Virus record (IMG/VR): IMGVR_UViG_3300009151_000084
Span: 1 to 57,205 of that record
Length of the DNA: 57,205 bases
Reading direction: 5' to 3' (one strand)
DNA from: a virus
Lineage: Duplodnaviria > Caudoviricetes
Each line of letters opens with the position of its first letter. Positions within the stretch are counted from its first letter, which is position 1. The notes beneath the pieces are model-generated. The model was not told the origin of the DNA, ran no database searches, and worked only from the letters and a program-made list of their open reading frames with translations. The position numbers and the translations under genes were made by a program. Below are positions 42,684-52,469 of this stretch, one piece after another.

Positions 42684-42941
42684 ATGTCAGAAGCAATTTC
42701 GCAGCACAAGAAGATGGCAATGGGCGAGTCAGTGCCTATGGCTAAGGGCAAGTCAGTTATGCCTAAATACGCGTCAGGTGGCGCCGTCATGAAAGAGGGT
42801 GGCGTAGCTAACCTACCCGCCAAAGGATCGGCACCTCCACCCCTCGCACGTCCTGCAGCAGGCATGGCAGGCAAGATCGCTACCCTGAAGAAGGGCGGTG
42901 CCGCTAAGCCAATGCGCAAGGTAGCAGGTCGTGGAAGGTAG
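42684..42941 (+). CDS. Small basic protein with three xxxGG motifs
   Basis: AAGGAG RBS; YASGG, MKEGG, LKKGG. Confidence 0.7.
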   Translation: MSEAISQHKKMAMGESVPMAKGKSVMPKYASGGAVMKEGGVANLPAKGSAPPPLARPAAGMAGKIATLKKGGAAKPMRKVAGRGR

Positions 42942-43098
42942 GCTCATTGGCATGATCAAGCAGAGGCGCGAAGACATCGCCCTCGCGCTTGCCGAAGGCA
43001 ATGCTATCAACATCGAGTCGTACCACCGTATGGTGGGAATTTATCGAGGGCTTGGAGAAGCTCTGGATATGCTCGATGCATTGCTCGCGGAAGACTAG
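42931..43098 (+). CDS. Small helical head-region protein (55 aa); not in ORF track
   Basis: GTG start; LAEG...ESY.RMVG.YRGL..A pattern between portal and GroES. Confidence 0.6.
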   Translation: MEGRLIGMIKQRREDIALALAEGNAINIESYHRMVGIYRGLGEALDMLDALLAED

Positions 43099-43147
43099 GT
43101 TTTTGTAGTAACCCGCTCTGAATAGAGCTATTGAAAAGGAGTGTCGC

Positions 43148-43555
43148 ATGACGCTTGATGAAGCATTTCCCGCAGTAGATTCTGGCTGTACTCCACTAGG
43201 TGGTCGAGTATTGATTCAGTTCAAACAGGTGCCAAAGAAGACCACAGCAAGTGGGATCATTTTAATGGAAGATACCAAAGAGACTGAAAAGTGGAACACT
43301 CAAGTCGCAAAAGTTGTTGCGCTTGGGGCACTAGCCTACAAAAACCGCGACACAATGGAGCCGTGGCCCGAGGGCACATGGGCTAAGGTCGGCGACTTCG
43401 TTCGCGTTCCAAAGTGGGGTGGCGACCGTTGGGAAGTTCCTTACGGTGAAGTGGTCAATGGCGATCAAGATATGGCGCTGTTCTCCGTGTTCAACGATCA
43501 CGAGATCATCTCTAAGGTGACTGGCGATCCATTGAAAGTGAAGGCATTCTTATGA
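43148..43555 (+). CDS. groES: Co-chaperonin GroES-like protein
   Basis: PLGGRVLI, TASGIIL, KVVALG, KVGDFV, NDHEII; AAGGAG RBS. Confidence 0.85.
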   Translation: MTLDEAFPAVDSGCTPLGGRVLIQFKQVPKKTTASGIILMEDTKETEKWNTQVAKVVALGALAYKNRDTMEPWPEGTWAKVGDFVRVPKWGGDRWEVPYGEVVNGDQDMALFSVFNDHEIISKVTGDPLKVKAFL

Positions 43556-44529
43556 ACTCAACAGACAAGATGGAAATGCAGGTCGAGGAGTCATCCGACG
43601 GCAGCGCGATGATCGAATTGCCCTTGCAAGAGGGTGATGTTGCGCAGCCAATGTCGCAAGGTGGCGCCGTGGAGGACGACGACGATCATGAAGATGGCTC
43701 TGACGGGCTAGATTCAGACCCAGATCGTGAAGCAATCCGCGCAGCACGTCGCGAAGAGCGCAAGCTCAAGAAGTCTATCCACCGTGAGAAGGCAAAAGAG
43801 TCTAATCACCTGATCAATGCCCTCAAAAAGCAGAATCAGCAGTTGGCGGACAGGCTTGCAAACCTCGAAACGCGCACTTCAGGTGCCGAATTGGGGCGTG
43901 TCGAGAAGGTGATGGAAGACACGCAGGTGCAGATCGAGTACGCGAAGATGAAGATGAAGGAAGCTGTCGCCTCGCAGGACGGAGAATCGATGGTTCGGGC
44001 GCAGGAATTGATGTATGAGTCGATGCGCAAGTACGAAGCGCTCAAAAACATCAAGGAAAATGCCACGAGGCAGATGTCTCAGCCCCAACAGGCGAACATT
44101 CAACTCCCTGACCCTAGCGTACAGCGTAATGCGGCTGATTGGATGCGCAAAAACAGTTGGTACGACCCCGCGGGCAAGGATTTAGACTCCGAACTCACGC
44201 AAAGTATCGACAAACGACTCACCGCAGAGGGTTATGACCCTTCAAGCTCAGAATATTGGGAAGAATTGGACACGCGCCTAGCAAAATACCTTCCGCATCT
44301 CTACGATAGCGGCGGTAATCGCAATAATTCAGAGAGACGCGAGCGTCCGCGCTCGGCAGTCACTGGAACAGGCAGGGAATCGACACCATCTCGCAGTGGT
44401 AGCAACTTTACGCTCTCACCGCAGCGTGTTGCCGCCATCAAAGAGATGGGGATCTGGGATGACCCTGACAAGCGTAAGAAAATGATTAACCGATTCATCG
44501 AGTATGACCGTCAAAACAAAGGAAATTGA
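43552..44529 (+). CDS. Putative capsid scaffolding protein
   Basis: Acidic N-terminus, long coiled coil, W..KNSWY, C-terminal helix; lies between portal and capsid. Confidence 0.65.
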   Translation: MNSTDKMEMQVEESSDGSAMIELPLQEGDVAQPMSQGGAVEDDDDHEDGSDGLDSDPDREAIRAARREERKLKKSIHREKAKESNHLINALKKQNQQLADRLANLETRTSGAELGRVEKVMEDTQVQIEYAKMKMKEAVASQDGESMVRAQELMYESMRKYEALKNIKENATRQMSQPQQANIQLPDPSVQRNAADWMRKNSWYDPAGKDLDSELTQSIDKRLTAEGYDPSSSEYWEELDTRLAKYLPHLYDSGGNRNNSERRERPRSAVTGTGRESTPSRSGSNFTLSPQRVAAIKEMGIWDDPDKRKKMINRFIEYDRQNKGN

Positions 44530-45068
44530 TCATGGATGACCGTATCCGCAAGAACACTGGCGCAGGTCGTGAAAACCGCGCTGTAGTAGACAAACGTCGC
44601 GCTCCTGCAGACGACGCACTAGCCTCGGCGCCAACACGCCGTCGTCGCTTCCAGTCAGAATTCACGCAGGAAGCGCTGCCGACCGTCAAAGGCGATCCGA
44701 ACTGGCATTACTGTTGGTTATCTACAACAAACCAGTACGACACCATCCACAGCCGCATGCGCTTGGGCTATCAGGCGGTGCTGTGCGATGAGCTCGAAGG
44801 TATGGAGCATCTCAAGGTCAAAGAGGGTGAGCACGTCGGTCACGTCTCCTGCAATGAGATGATTCTGTACAAGTTGCCGATGGACATCTACCAAGACTGG
44901 ATGGCAGAGAAGCATCACTATCAGCCGATGGAAGAAGCAGGCAAGATCCGCGTTCAGCAGGAGCAATTATTGAACTCGGCTCGCGACAGCAACGGCAAGA
45001 GCTTGATCCGCGCTGAGGGTGACTTGTTAGACGGGGAACGCGACATCCCTGCTCCTATTTTTGAATAG
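44526..45068 (+). CDS. Conserved head-region hypothetical protein
   Basis: WHYCWLST...R..LGY..V...EM.LYKLP; start 44526 or 44532. Confidence 0.7.
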   Translation: MIMDDRIRKNTGAGRENRAVVDKRRAPADDALASAPTRRRRFQSEFTQEALPTVKGDPNWHYCWLSTTNQYDTIHSRMRLGYQAVLCDELEGMEHLKVKEGEHVGHVSCNEMILYKLPMDIYQDWMAEKHHYQPMEEAGKIRVQQEQLLNSARDSNGKSLIRAEGDLLDGERDIPAPIFE

Positions 45069-45104
45069 TTGTTTTATTTATTTAGAAAGAGCATAATATT
45101 GCAA

Positions 45105-45193
45105 AGATCGCCTGCTTTGAACAAGGTGGGCGATCTACAAAACGCTATCCTAAAAATCACGTTGGTGATTTTGCCTGACGCTTTGAACAAAGC
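45105..45193 (+). promoter_or_regulatory. Structured leader of the capsid operon (three hairpins, two with a GAAC loop)
   Basis: Stems 45105-45136, 45153-45172 and 45180-45193; GCTTTGAACAA occurs twice. Confidence 0.5.
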
Positions 45194-45234
45194 CGAAACC
45201 AAAATTTTCATCTAACAATTTTTAGGAGCATCCT

Positions 45235-45822
45235 ATGAGTGCAACCTCTGCACCTTTTGGTCTGCGACCCGCGTTTCATCCTACTGGATTGGATCGCGCT
45301 CAAGCGCTCGCCAACGGCATTACATCTGGCTACGCTACTAACATCCTGAAAGGTCAGGCTGTTCAGTATTCGCCAAACGCAGGCGTCATTTTGCCTGTTC
45401 TTGATACAACAACCAACAGCGGTTTAGTCTCTGGCGCCTTTGCGGGTGTTGAGTGGACTGACACCACTGGTCGTCGTCGCGTGTCGAATTATTGGCCCGC
45501 CTCCACAGCCGTAATCGCAGGTAGCGTCGTTGCGTATTTTTACAACGATCAGCAGATCGTGTACGAGATCCAGACCGACGGTACGATGGCTCAAACGGCA
45601 GTAGGCAACGAAGCCAACTTGAGCAATTTCACCGCAGGGTCAAGCACTACGGGTTTGTCGCAGATGACTTTATCAGCCACATTGGTTGGTTCAGGCTCAG
45701 CAGCGCAGTTTCGTATTGTTGATCTGGCGCCGATTCCCGGGAACAACTGGGGTGATCCGTTCGTCGTAGTCCGCGTACAGATCTCCAAGCCACAGTTCAT
45801 CTCAACTGTTAACGCTATCTAA
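45235..45822 (+). CDS. Capsid decoration / cement-like protein
   Basis: AGGAG RBS; APFGLRP N-terminus, G.F.GVE.TD, GS.TTGLS; immediately upstream of the major capsid gene. Confidence 0.65.
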   Translation: MSATSAPFGLRPAFHPTGLDRAQALANGITSGYATNILKGQAVQYSPNAGVILPVLDTTTNSGLVSGAFAGVEWTDTTGRRRVSNYWPASTAVIAGSVVAYFYNDQQIVYEIQTDGTMAQTAVGNEANLSNFTAGSSTTGLSQMTLSATLVGSGSAAQFRIVDLAPIPGNNWGDPFVVVRVQISKPQFISTVNAI

Positions 45823-45833
45823 GGGGAACTGAC

Positions 45834-46748
45834 ATGGCAGCTCCAATGCGCAGTACCGACTTTAGAAGTATCGTTGAGCCGATTCTCAGTGAATGCTTTG
45901 ACGGAGTCTATGACCAACGCTCAGATGAATGGAGCCAAGTGTTCCGTGAACAGATGGGCATTCCCCGTAACTACCACGAAGAACCCGTTCTCTACGGTTT
46001 CGGTGCGGCTCCTGAATTGCCTGACGGCACTCCAGTTTCGTACCAACAAGGTGGCGTACTCTTCCTGCAACGCTATGTGTACAAGGTCTACGGCTTAGCC
46101 TTCGCCTTGACCAAAGTGTTGGTTGAAGACGGCGACCATATCCGTATCGGGCAGGTTTATGCAAAGCACTTAGCTCAATCACTGGTTGAGACCAAAGAGA
46201 CGCTTGCAGCCAACGTGCTCAACAACGCCTTCAACAGCTCCTACACTGGCGGCGACGGCGTACAGTTAAGCGCATCTACCCATCCTATCGTCAACGGTAC
46301 CTTCAGCAACCTCCTTGCGACTGCTGCGAACCTTTCGCAGACTTCGCTCGAACAGATGTTGATTCAGGTTCGCTTGGCAGTGGATAACAACGGCAAGAAG
46401 ATCCGCTTGCAGCCGCTGAAGCTTGTGGTTGCCCCCGGCAACGTGTTCCAAGCCGAGGTTCTGCTGAAATCGGTTCTTCGTACTGGCACCGCCAACAACG
46501 ACGTGAACCCAGTCAAATCGATTGGTTTGATTCCTGAAGGCGCTGCGGTCATCAGCCGTTTGACTTCGGCTACTAACTGGTGGGTGCAAACCGACGCACC
46601 AGAAGGCGCCAAGTTGATGATGCGTCGTGGTCTTGAGAAGACGATGGAAGGTGACTTTGAAACCGACTCCATGCGTTACAAGGCTACTGAGCGTTACTGG
46701 GTCAGTTGGACTGACCCACGCTGCCTCTTCGGTACGCCCGGAGTGTAA
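45834..46748 (+). CDS. Major capsid protein (HK97 fold, Mu gpT-like family)
   Basis: GFGAAP...G, KE..AANVLN.AF, GGDG..L....HP, EGDFET...RYKA.ERY...W.DPR...G.PG; followed by a terminator. Confidence 0.88.
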   Translation: MAAPMRSTDFRSIVEPILSECFDGVYDQRSDEWSQVFREQMGIPRNYHEEPVLYGFGAAPELPDGTPVSYQQGGVLFLQRYVYKVYGLAFALTKVLVEDGDHIRIGQVYAKHLAQSLVETKETLAANVLNNAFNSSYTGGDGVQLSASTHPIVNGTFSNLLATAANLSQTSLEQMLIQVRLAVDNNGKKIRLQPLKLVVAPGNVFQAEVLLKSVLRTGTANNDVNPVKSIGLIPEGAAVISRLTSATNWWVQTDAPEGAKLMMRRGLEKTMEGDFETDSMRYKATERYWVSWTDPRCLFGTPGV

Positions 46749-46752
46749 AGCG

Positions 46753-46784
46753 AAGGGGGGTGAGCTCAATTCACCCCCTTTTTT
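46753..46784 (+). terminator. Rho-independent terminator
   Basis: GGGGGTGA-gctcaat-TCACCCCC followed by T6. Confidence 0.85.
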
Positions 46785-46823
46785 AATTCAATTCTGAGTG
46801 GTTCAAGCCACAGGAGTTTTAAA

Positions 46824-47795
46824 ATGCCCCAATTTTCAGACGACCTATTCTTAGGCACTTCGCAGACCTTTATGGGTATTGCGCAGGGTGCTATTACAAA
46901 CACTATCGCAGGTTCAATTACTACCACCACGATGACAGTTACGCAGTTGCTGTCAGGTGAGCCAATTACGGTTGGTCAGTTCGTATCAGGCACTGGCGTG
47001 ACCGCAGGCTCATACGTTACCGCATTCGTTACGGGTACAGGTGGCGCAGGTACATACACCGTCAGCGCATCGTCTTCGGCAACTGGTGCAATCACTATCT
47101 ACGGTTCAGGCAATGCGTTGCTTGGAGACCCCGCCCCAATGGACTTGGGTGTTGGGCCACTCGGTCGTGTGTACGTCTTTGACGTTATTCCACAGACTGC
47201 ATCAACCTCAAACATCGCCGCCACGCAGACCCCTGCCGCTTCAGGTAACTTGACGTTGACAGCAGGTGCAGGCGTAAGGTCAGTCACAAACAAAAGCGGT
47301 ACGACAGTATTTCAGCTTGACTGCCCTCGTGCGATGGCGGTTTCATTGGTCACAGGTGGTACTGCTCGTGCTTACACAATCACTGGCTTTGACTATTATG
47401 GTCAGGCTATGAGCGAGGTAATCACTTCTGTTGCAGCCGCAACTACCAACGGCAAGAAAGCGTTCTATCAAATCGTTTCGATTTCGGGCGCAGGCGGTTC
47501 GGTTACTGCGGTCACGGTCGGCACGACTACATTGCTTGGTATTCCAGTTCGCGTGATTGACGGCGGCTACCTTTGCCACGTTGGTTGGAACGGCAGTTTC
47601 TCTGTTGACTCAGGCTCGCTTGTTGTGGCAGCTACCGCAACAGCAACAACCACGACTGGTGACGTTCGCGGCACGTTCAGCCCGTCGACCGCACCTGACG
47701 GGATCAAGCGATTGGTTCTGGGCATCATGCTCTCAGGAATCGCGGTTGGCCCGAACTCAACCCGCACTGGCGCCCTCGGCGTCACACAAGCCTAA
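46824..47795 (+). CDS. Virion structural protein
   Basis: AGGAG RBS; Thr/Gly-rich; [22 protein letters not shown]. Confidence 0.65.
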   Translation: MPQFSDDLFLGTSQTFMGIAQGAITNTIAGSITTTTMTVTQLLSGEPITVGQFVSGTGVTAGSYVTAFVTGTGGAGTYTVSASSSATGAITIYGSGNALLGDPAPMDLGVGPLGRVYVFDVIPQTASTSNIAATQTPAASGNLTLTAGAGVRSVTNKSGTTVFQLDCPRAMAVSLVTGGTARAYTITGFDYYGQAMSEVITSVAAATTNGKKAFYQIVSISGAGGSVTAVTVGTTTLLGIPVRVIDGGYLCHVGWNGSFSVDSGSLVVAATATATTTTGDVRGTFSPSTAPDGIKRLVLGIMLSGIAVGPNSTRTGALGVTQA

Positions 47796-47806
47796 AGGGG
47801 TAAATC

Positions 47807-48343
47807 ATGGGTCAATTTAAGCCAATGCCGAAGATGGAAACCACCGAGCCTTCAGTCATCCTGAAGCTCAAGAAAGGTGGTGTTGCGAAGAAAGCAATGG
47901 GTGGGGCTCTGCCAGTTGGACAGCCTCAGACAGCCCGCTTGCCTGCGATTGTTCCTCCTACAGCACCTGCTATGGCGGCTGCACGCCCTCGGGGTGCAAC
48001 GCTGATGGCGTCGCGTGCGCCGATGCGCCCAAGCCCCGGGATACCTCCACAGGCAATGGGTCGCAAGAAAGGTGGCGAGATCGAAGGCAAAGCCGAGCAC
48101 GCCAAGGAAGAGCGCGAGATCAAAGGCATCAAGAAAGAGCTCATGTCGCACGAGGACAAGCCTGCGTCGAAGGCGCACAAGGGCTTAAAGCGTGGTGGTA
48201 AAACATCACGCACCTACGTTGCCAATGACAATCTTGCAATGGTGAACAAGGCACGCCGCGGTTATGCCGATGGTGGTCACGTTGCGATGGGTTGCAAAAG
48301 CACTGACGGTTTTAAAGCCAGTAAAAAAGGCGGTTCTTTTTAG
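47807..48343 (+). CDS. Basic low-complexity protein with six xxxGG motifs
   Basis: LKKGG, KAMGG, RKKGG, LKRGG, YADGG, SKKGG. Confidence 0.7.
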   Translation: MGQFKPMPKMETTEPSVILKLKKGGVAKKAMGGALPVGQPQTARLPAIVPPTAPAMAAARPRGATLMASRAPMRPSPGIPPQAMGRKKGGEIEGKAEHAKEEREIKGIKKELMSHEDKPASKAHKGLKRGGKTSRTYVANDNLAMVNKARRGYADGGHVAMGCKSTDGFKASKKGGSF

Positions 48344-48375
48344 AAAAAAGGGGGAGGTAACCTCTCCTTTTTTTT
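48344..48375. terminator. Bidirectional-type intrinsic terminator
   Basis: A6-GGGGGAGG-taa-CCTCTCC-T8. Confidence 0.8.
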
Positions 48376-48394
48376 GAAATCTTACAGGTGAAAT

Positions 48395-51022
48395 ATGTCA
48401 CAAATCGTCACTTTCGTTGGCCCCTCAAGCTCGACCGATAACCAACTACGCACGCAGATCTCTTCACGCTCTGCGGCATACGACCCAGTTGATAAGCTGC
48501 GCGTATCGCAGCCACAGGCGTTGATCGACACCGACTTTGAGTACGGCACGCAGCCGACCAAGTGGGAATCAATCTCTCTGCAAAACAACCGTCAGAGCTG
48601 TTACTACATTCCGCAGCAGCCGTTGACAATCACAGGCATCACGGGTCTTAACACGCTGAACGGCGGCTTTACGTTGGCGGGTACGTTTATTCTTGCTACG
48701 GGCGATATCATCTTTGTTCAAAACTCGTTGAGCACTGACTGTAATGGTTGGTTGTATGTATCTACGGGCGGCACAAACTCGTGTGTTGTTCAGACAGCCG
48801 TAGGCACCACAATCCCCGCAACAAACTTCTACAACGCTGCAGCCACATACGTTTACAAGGGTATCTTTTACTCTAGCTGCGGCATATCGCTTACAGGCAC
48901 CGCAGCGGTTACTAGTGTAGGGACGACCGTCACAGTCACTACTACCTCTGCGCACGGATTAAATGCAACTAGCTTGATCTACGTTATCAATTTAGGCGGC
49001 GGCACCCCTGCTCCAAACGGCGCCTACGCTGTCGCCACAGTGCCTACTGCAAATACCTTCACTTACGTCGTGGCGGCGGCACCAACGGTCGGCATCACCA
49101 ATACTGCGGGTCAGGTAAACATTTACGCCCGACCTTCAGGGTTTGTTGAATCACGCGCCTTTGATGGTGGCGTTGCGTTTTCAGCAGGTGCTGCAGTACC
49201 GAATCAACAGTTGATTCGGCAGACGCGTCGTTACTTCCGCTATCAGTCAGGAAAGGGCATCCAGTTCTCGACTGGCTCATCACTGAAACCGTATTTGTTC
49301 AACCCCACGCTTACCGCAAGCAGCACTGCGATTGGTGCGACAATTACTGTTACCACGCAATCACCACATAACCTAACAACCAATGCTGTTGTGTTAGTGG
49401 CTGCTGTTGATCAAGCAGGTTACAACGGCACCTTTGTTATTACTAGAACAGGCGCTCTTACCTTTACTTATATTGCGCTAGTAGCACCTGCGACGACTAC
49501 GGCAACTGGGTTAAACATCAAGGTCACGCCATTCAGTTGGTGGGGTTCTAGTAACCGTATTGGATTCTTTGACCAACAAAACGGTCTATTTTTTGAATTT
49601 GACGGTCAGGTTCTGTACGCTGTTTTGAGAAGCTCAACTACGCAAATTAGCGGTCGCGTGACAATTACTCAAAGTTCTGCGGCGGTCACAGGCACTGGTA
49701 CGCAATTTAGTACACAACTTAAACCCTTTGACTACATTGTGATTCGCGGTCAGTCGTACAAAGTCATTACAATCATCGATGACCTAAACTTGACAATTTC
49801 GCCTGAGTATCGTGGCGGAACGCTTACCCAAGGTGGCGCAATTGTTTCTAAGACTATCGACACTCGCGTCCCTCAGTCGCAATGGTTTGACGTCTGTGAC
49901 GGTTCAAGCTCAATCAATAATCCCTCGGGATATTTGCTTGACTTGACCCGCATGCAGATGTGGTACATCGACTACTCATGGTACGGTGCGGGTTCAATTC
50001 GCTTTGGCTTTAGAGCTAAAGACGGCGCTGTGACCTACGTTTATCAGATTCAAAACAACAACGTCAAGTATGAAGCGTACATGCGCTCAGGAAACATGGC
50101 TGCTCACTATGAGTCTAATAACCAGTCACCTGCGGCATACTTGACCACAACGCTTGCAAGCGGAACTACCGCGTCAATGGACGTATCCGACACCACATTC
50201 TTTGCTCCTGCGGGGGCTGTCAAGTTGCAAGCTGCAGGTAACACTGGAGCAATTGAGTATATTGCCTACACTGGCAAGACGGCGACCACGCTTACTGGCT
50301 TGACTCGTGGTCAGACTGGTGGCAGTGCGGCTCAGACGTTTACCTACTCTGCTACAGCACCTATCTCTGTTGAGTTCACTTCGCCTGACTCTTCCGCTGC
50401 GTTATCGCACTGGGGTTCGTCGGTGATCATGGATGGTCTGTACAACGATGACAAGTCGCTAATTTTCAACTACGGGACGACCACCGCAATCACCACATTG
50501 AACACAAACCCAATCGTGATCATGGCAATTCGTGTTGCACCTTCAGTTGATAACGGCACGACTAGCACTTTAGGTCTGAAGGAGATCATCAACCGCATGC
50601 AGTTGCAGTTAGACTCTCTGGGCTTGTACACGACTGGCACTGGTTACCTGATCAATTTGATCTTGAATGGCTACGCATCAGGCGCTATGTCGGGTGGCTT
50701 TATCTCTCCGATTCAGCAGGTCAACGGCATCACGTCGTCCTTGGCGCAGATTGCGATCAACACCAATGCTGTGACGGTAACGGGCGGCGAGTCGGTATTT
50801 GCGGCGTACTCGAACACTTCAGGCAGCACCACGTTGGACTTGTCGATCGTGCGTGACTTGGGCAATTCAATCTTAGGTGGCGGCACAAACAACACCGTGC
50901 CAACGTCTCAGGCGGGGTTCTATCCTGATGGGCCCGACATCCTGTACATCGTTGCTACGCCACTAAGCGCAACGTCTTCAACCATTCTGGCTCGTCTGAA
51001 CTGGAAAGAAGCACAGGCTTAA
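48395..51022 (+). CDS. Large beta-rich virion protein (spike / accessory fibre)
   Basis: 875 aa, Thr-rich; repeated TVTT..HGL/HNL beta modules; QTRRYFRYQSGKG lectin-like core. Confidence 0.65.
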   Translation: MSQIVTFVGPSSSTDNQLRTQISSRSAAYDPVDKLRVSQPQALIDTDFEYGTQPTKWESISLQNNRQSCYYIPQQPLTITGITGLNTLNGGFTLAGTFILATGDIIFVQNSLSTDCNGWLYVSTGGTNSCVVQTAVGTTIPATNFYNAAATYVYKGIFYSSCGISLTGTAAVTSVGTTVTVTTTSAHGLNATSLIYVINLGGGTPAPNGAYAVATVPTANTFTYVVAAAPTVGITNTAGQVNIYARPSGFVESRAFDGGVAFSAGAAVPNQQLIRQTRRYFRYQSGKGIQFSTGSSLKPYLFNPTLTASSTAIGATITVTTQSPHNLTTNAVVLVAAVDQAGYNGTFVITRTGALTFTYIALVAPATTTATGLNIKVTPFSWWGSSNRIGFFDQQNGLFFEFDGQVLYAVLRSSTTQISGRVTITQSSAAVTGTGTQFSTQLKPFDYIVIRGQSYKVITIIDDLNLTISPEYRGGTLTQGGAIVSKTIDTRVPQSQWFDVCDGSSSINNPSGYLLDLTRMQMWYIDYSWYGAGSIRFGFRAKDGAVTYVYQIQNNNVKYEAYMRSGNMAAHYESNNQSPAAYLTTTLASGTTASMDVSDTTFFAPAGAVKLQAAGNTGAIEYIAYTGKTATTLTGLTRGQTGGSAAQTFTYSATAPISVEFTSPDSSAALSHWGSSVIMDGLYNDDKSLIFNYGTTTAITTLNTNPIVIMAIRVAPSVDNGTTSTLGLKEIINRMQLQLDSLGLYTTGTGYLINLILNGYASGAMSGGFISPIQQVNGITSSLAQIAINTNAVTVTGGESVFAAYSNTSGSTTLDLSIVRDLGNSILGGGTNNTVPTSQAGFYPDGPDILYIVATPLSATSSTILARLNWKEAQA

Positions 51023-51023
51023 T

Positions 51024-51392
51024 ATGCCAAGCAAATCACCTGCCCAAAAGCATCTGATGCAAGCCGCTGCCCACACCAAGGGTGGGTTCGGTGGTGTACC
51101 TCAGTCCGTGGGCAAGGAATTTGCGAAGGCTGACAAGATGAAAGACGGCGGAGTATCGCTCGCAGTAGGTCGCGGTGAGAAATTACCCACCAAGCAGGGC
51201 GCAGGACTTACGGCTAAAGGTCGCGCAAAGTACAATAGCGAGACTGGTAGCCACTTAAAAGCGCCGCAGCCGCAGGGCGGATCTCGCAAGGATTCATTCT
51301 GCGCAAGGATGAGCGGTGTAGTCAAGCACGCAAGCGGTGATGCGCCTCGCGCAAAAGCCTCACTGAAACGATGGAAATGCCCGGGGTGGTAA
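51024..51392 (+). CDS. Two-module small basic protein (MPSKS module plus DUF6321-like domain)
   Basis: MPSKSPAQ..LM.AAAH; MKDGG linker; GLTAKGRAKYN...LKAP...SFCARM.G...L.RWKC. Confidence 0.65.
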   Translation: MPSKSPAQKHLMQAAAHTKGGFGGVPQSVGKEFAKADKMKDGGVSLAVGRGEKLPTKQGAGLTAKGRAKYNSETGSHLKAPQPQGGSRKDSFCARMSGVVKHASGDAPRAKASLKRWKCPGW

Positions 51393-51395
51393 CCG

Positions 51396-52466
51396 ATGAC
51401 AACAGGCTTGAACACTTCTGGAACGGTTGGACAGACAGTAATCTCCGTTCAACAGTTGATCGACCACGGTGCTCGCCGCGCAGGAAAGCTCGCGGAAGAA
51501 TTGACGGTCGAGCAGGTTTCGGCTGCGCGTGACAGCCTTTATTACCTGCTGTCCTCATTGACCAATTACGGGATTAATTATTGGTGCATCGACCGCACGA
51601 TCATCGGTCTGCAGCCTGATCAGTATCAATATTATCTACCCGTTGGCTCAAACGACATCCTGAACGCCAACTACCGTACCCTCACTAATGTCAATACAGG
51701 CTATAACAGCTCCTCTGGCGTGACTTCAAACGCATTTGATGGTGTAGGTAAGAGTATCTGCCAATTGAGCTCTAATACGGGCGTAATCGGCATTGCCAAC
51801 GGCACGAACAACGCGGTCTACATCAGCACGATCGGCATCCTGCCCGCGGTGTCTGGCTCGGTGACCATAAACCTGCAATATTCGCAGGATGGTTCGACGT
51901 GGGTGACGGTCAAGGCAGTCGGCGCCGTGACGTGGGTAGCTAACACATGGATTTATTATGAGATTGACCCCTCTGCAAGCGCCCCATTTTGGCGTATTCA
52001 GCAGACTGCAGGCGTTAACATGGGATTCTATCAGGTCGTATTCGGCACCAATCCGATGTCGATTCCGATGGCTCGGATGAACCGCGACGACTACTCGAAC
52101 CTGCCTAATCGGTCATTTACATCAAACCGTCCGCTTCAATTCTGGTTTGATCGCACGATTGATCAGCCGAACATGAAGTTATGGCCCGTCCCCAACAGCA
52201 TCCAACCTCAGCTCGAGATCTGGATCAGCCGATACATTCAGGACGTTGGCCAGCTAAACGGTCAGCTCGAGATCCCGCAGCGGTGGTACATGGCGATTCA
52301 GAATGGGTTGGCGCATCAGATGGCGATGGAGTTGCCGAGCGTTGACTCGGGTCGCATCACCTACCTCGAGCAGCAGTGGGAGAAGCACTTCGCTCTCGCC
52401 GAGGCTGAAGAGCGCGACAAATCGCCGATCTACTTCGCAAGCAACATCTCGTATTATACGAGGTGA
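51396..52466 (+). CDS. Head completion / adaptor protein with inserted carbohydrate-binding-like domain
   Basis: R.DY..LPN, P.QFWFDR, LWPVP, P.RW..A...GLA; central LQYS.DG..W insertion. Confidence 0.6.
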   Translation: MTTGLNTSGTVGQTVISVQQLIDHGARRAGKLAEELTVEQVSAARDSLYYLLSSLTNYGINYWCIDRTIIGLQPDQYQYYLPVGSNDILNANYRTLTNVNTGYNSSSGVTSNAFDGVGKSICQLSSNTGVIGIANGTNNAVYISTIGILPAVSGSVTINLQYSQDGSTWVTVKAVGAVTWVANTWIYYEIDPSASAPFWRIQQTAGVNMGFYQVVFGTNPMSIPMARMNRDDYSNLPNRSFTSNRPLQFWFDRTIDQPNMKLWPVPNSIQPQLEIWISRYIQDVGQLNGQLEIPQRWYMAIQNGLAHQMAMELPSVDSGRITYLEQQWEKHFALAEAEERDKSPIYFASNISYYTR

Positions 52467-52469
52467 CCC

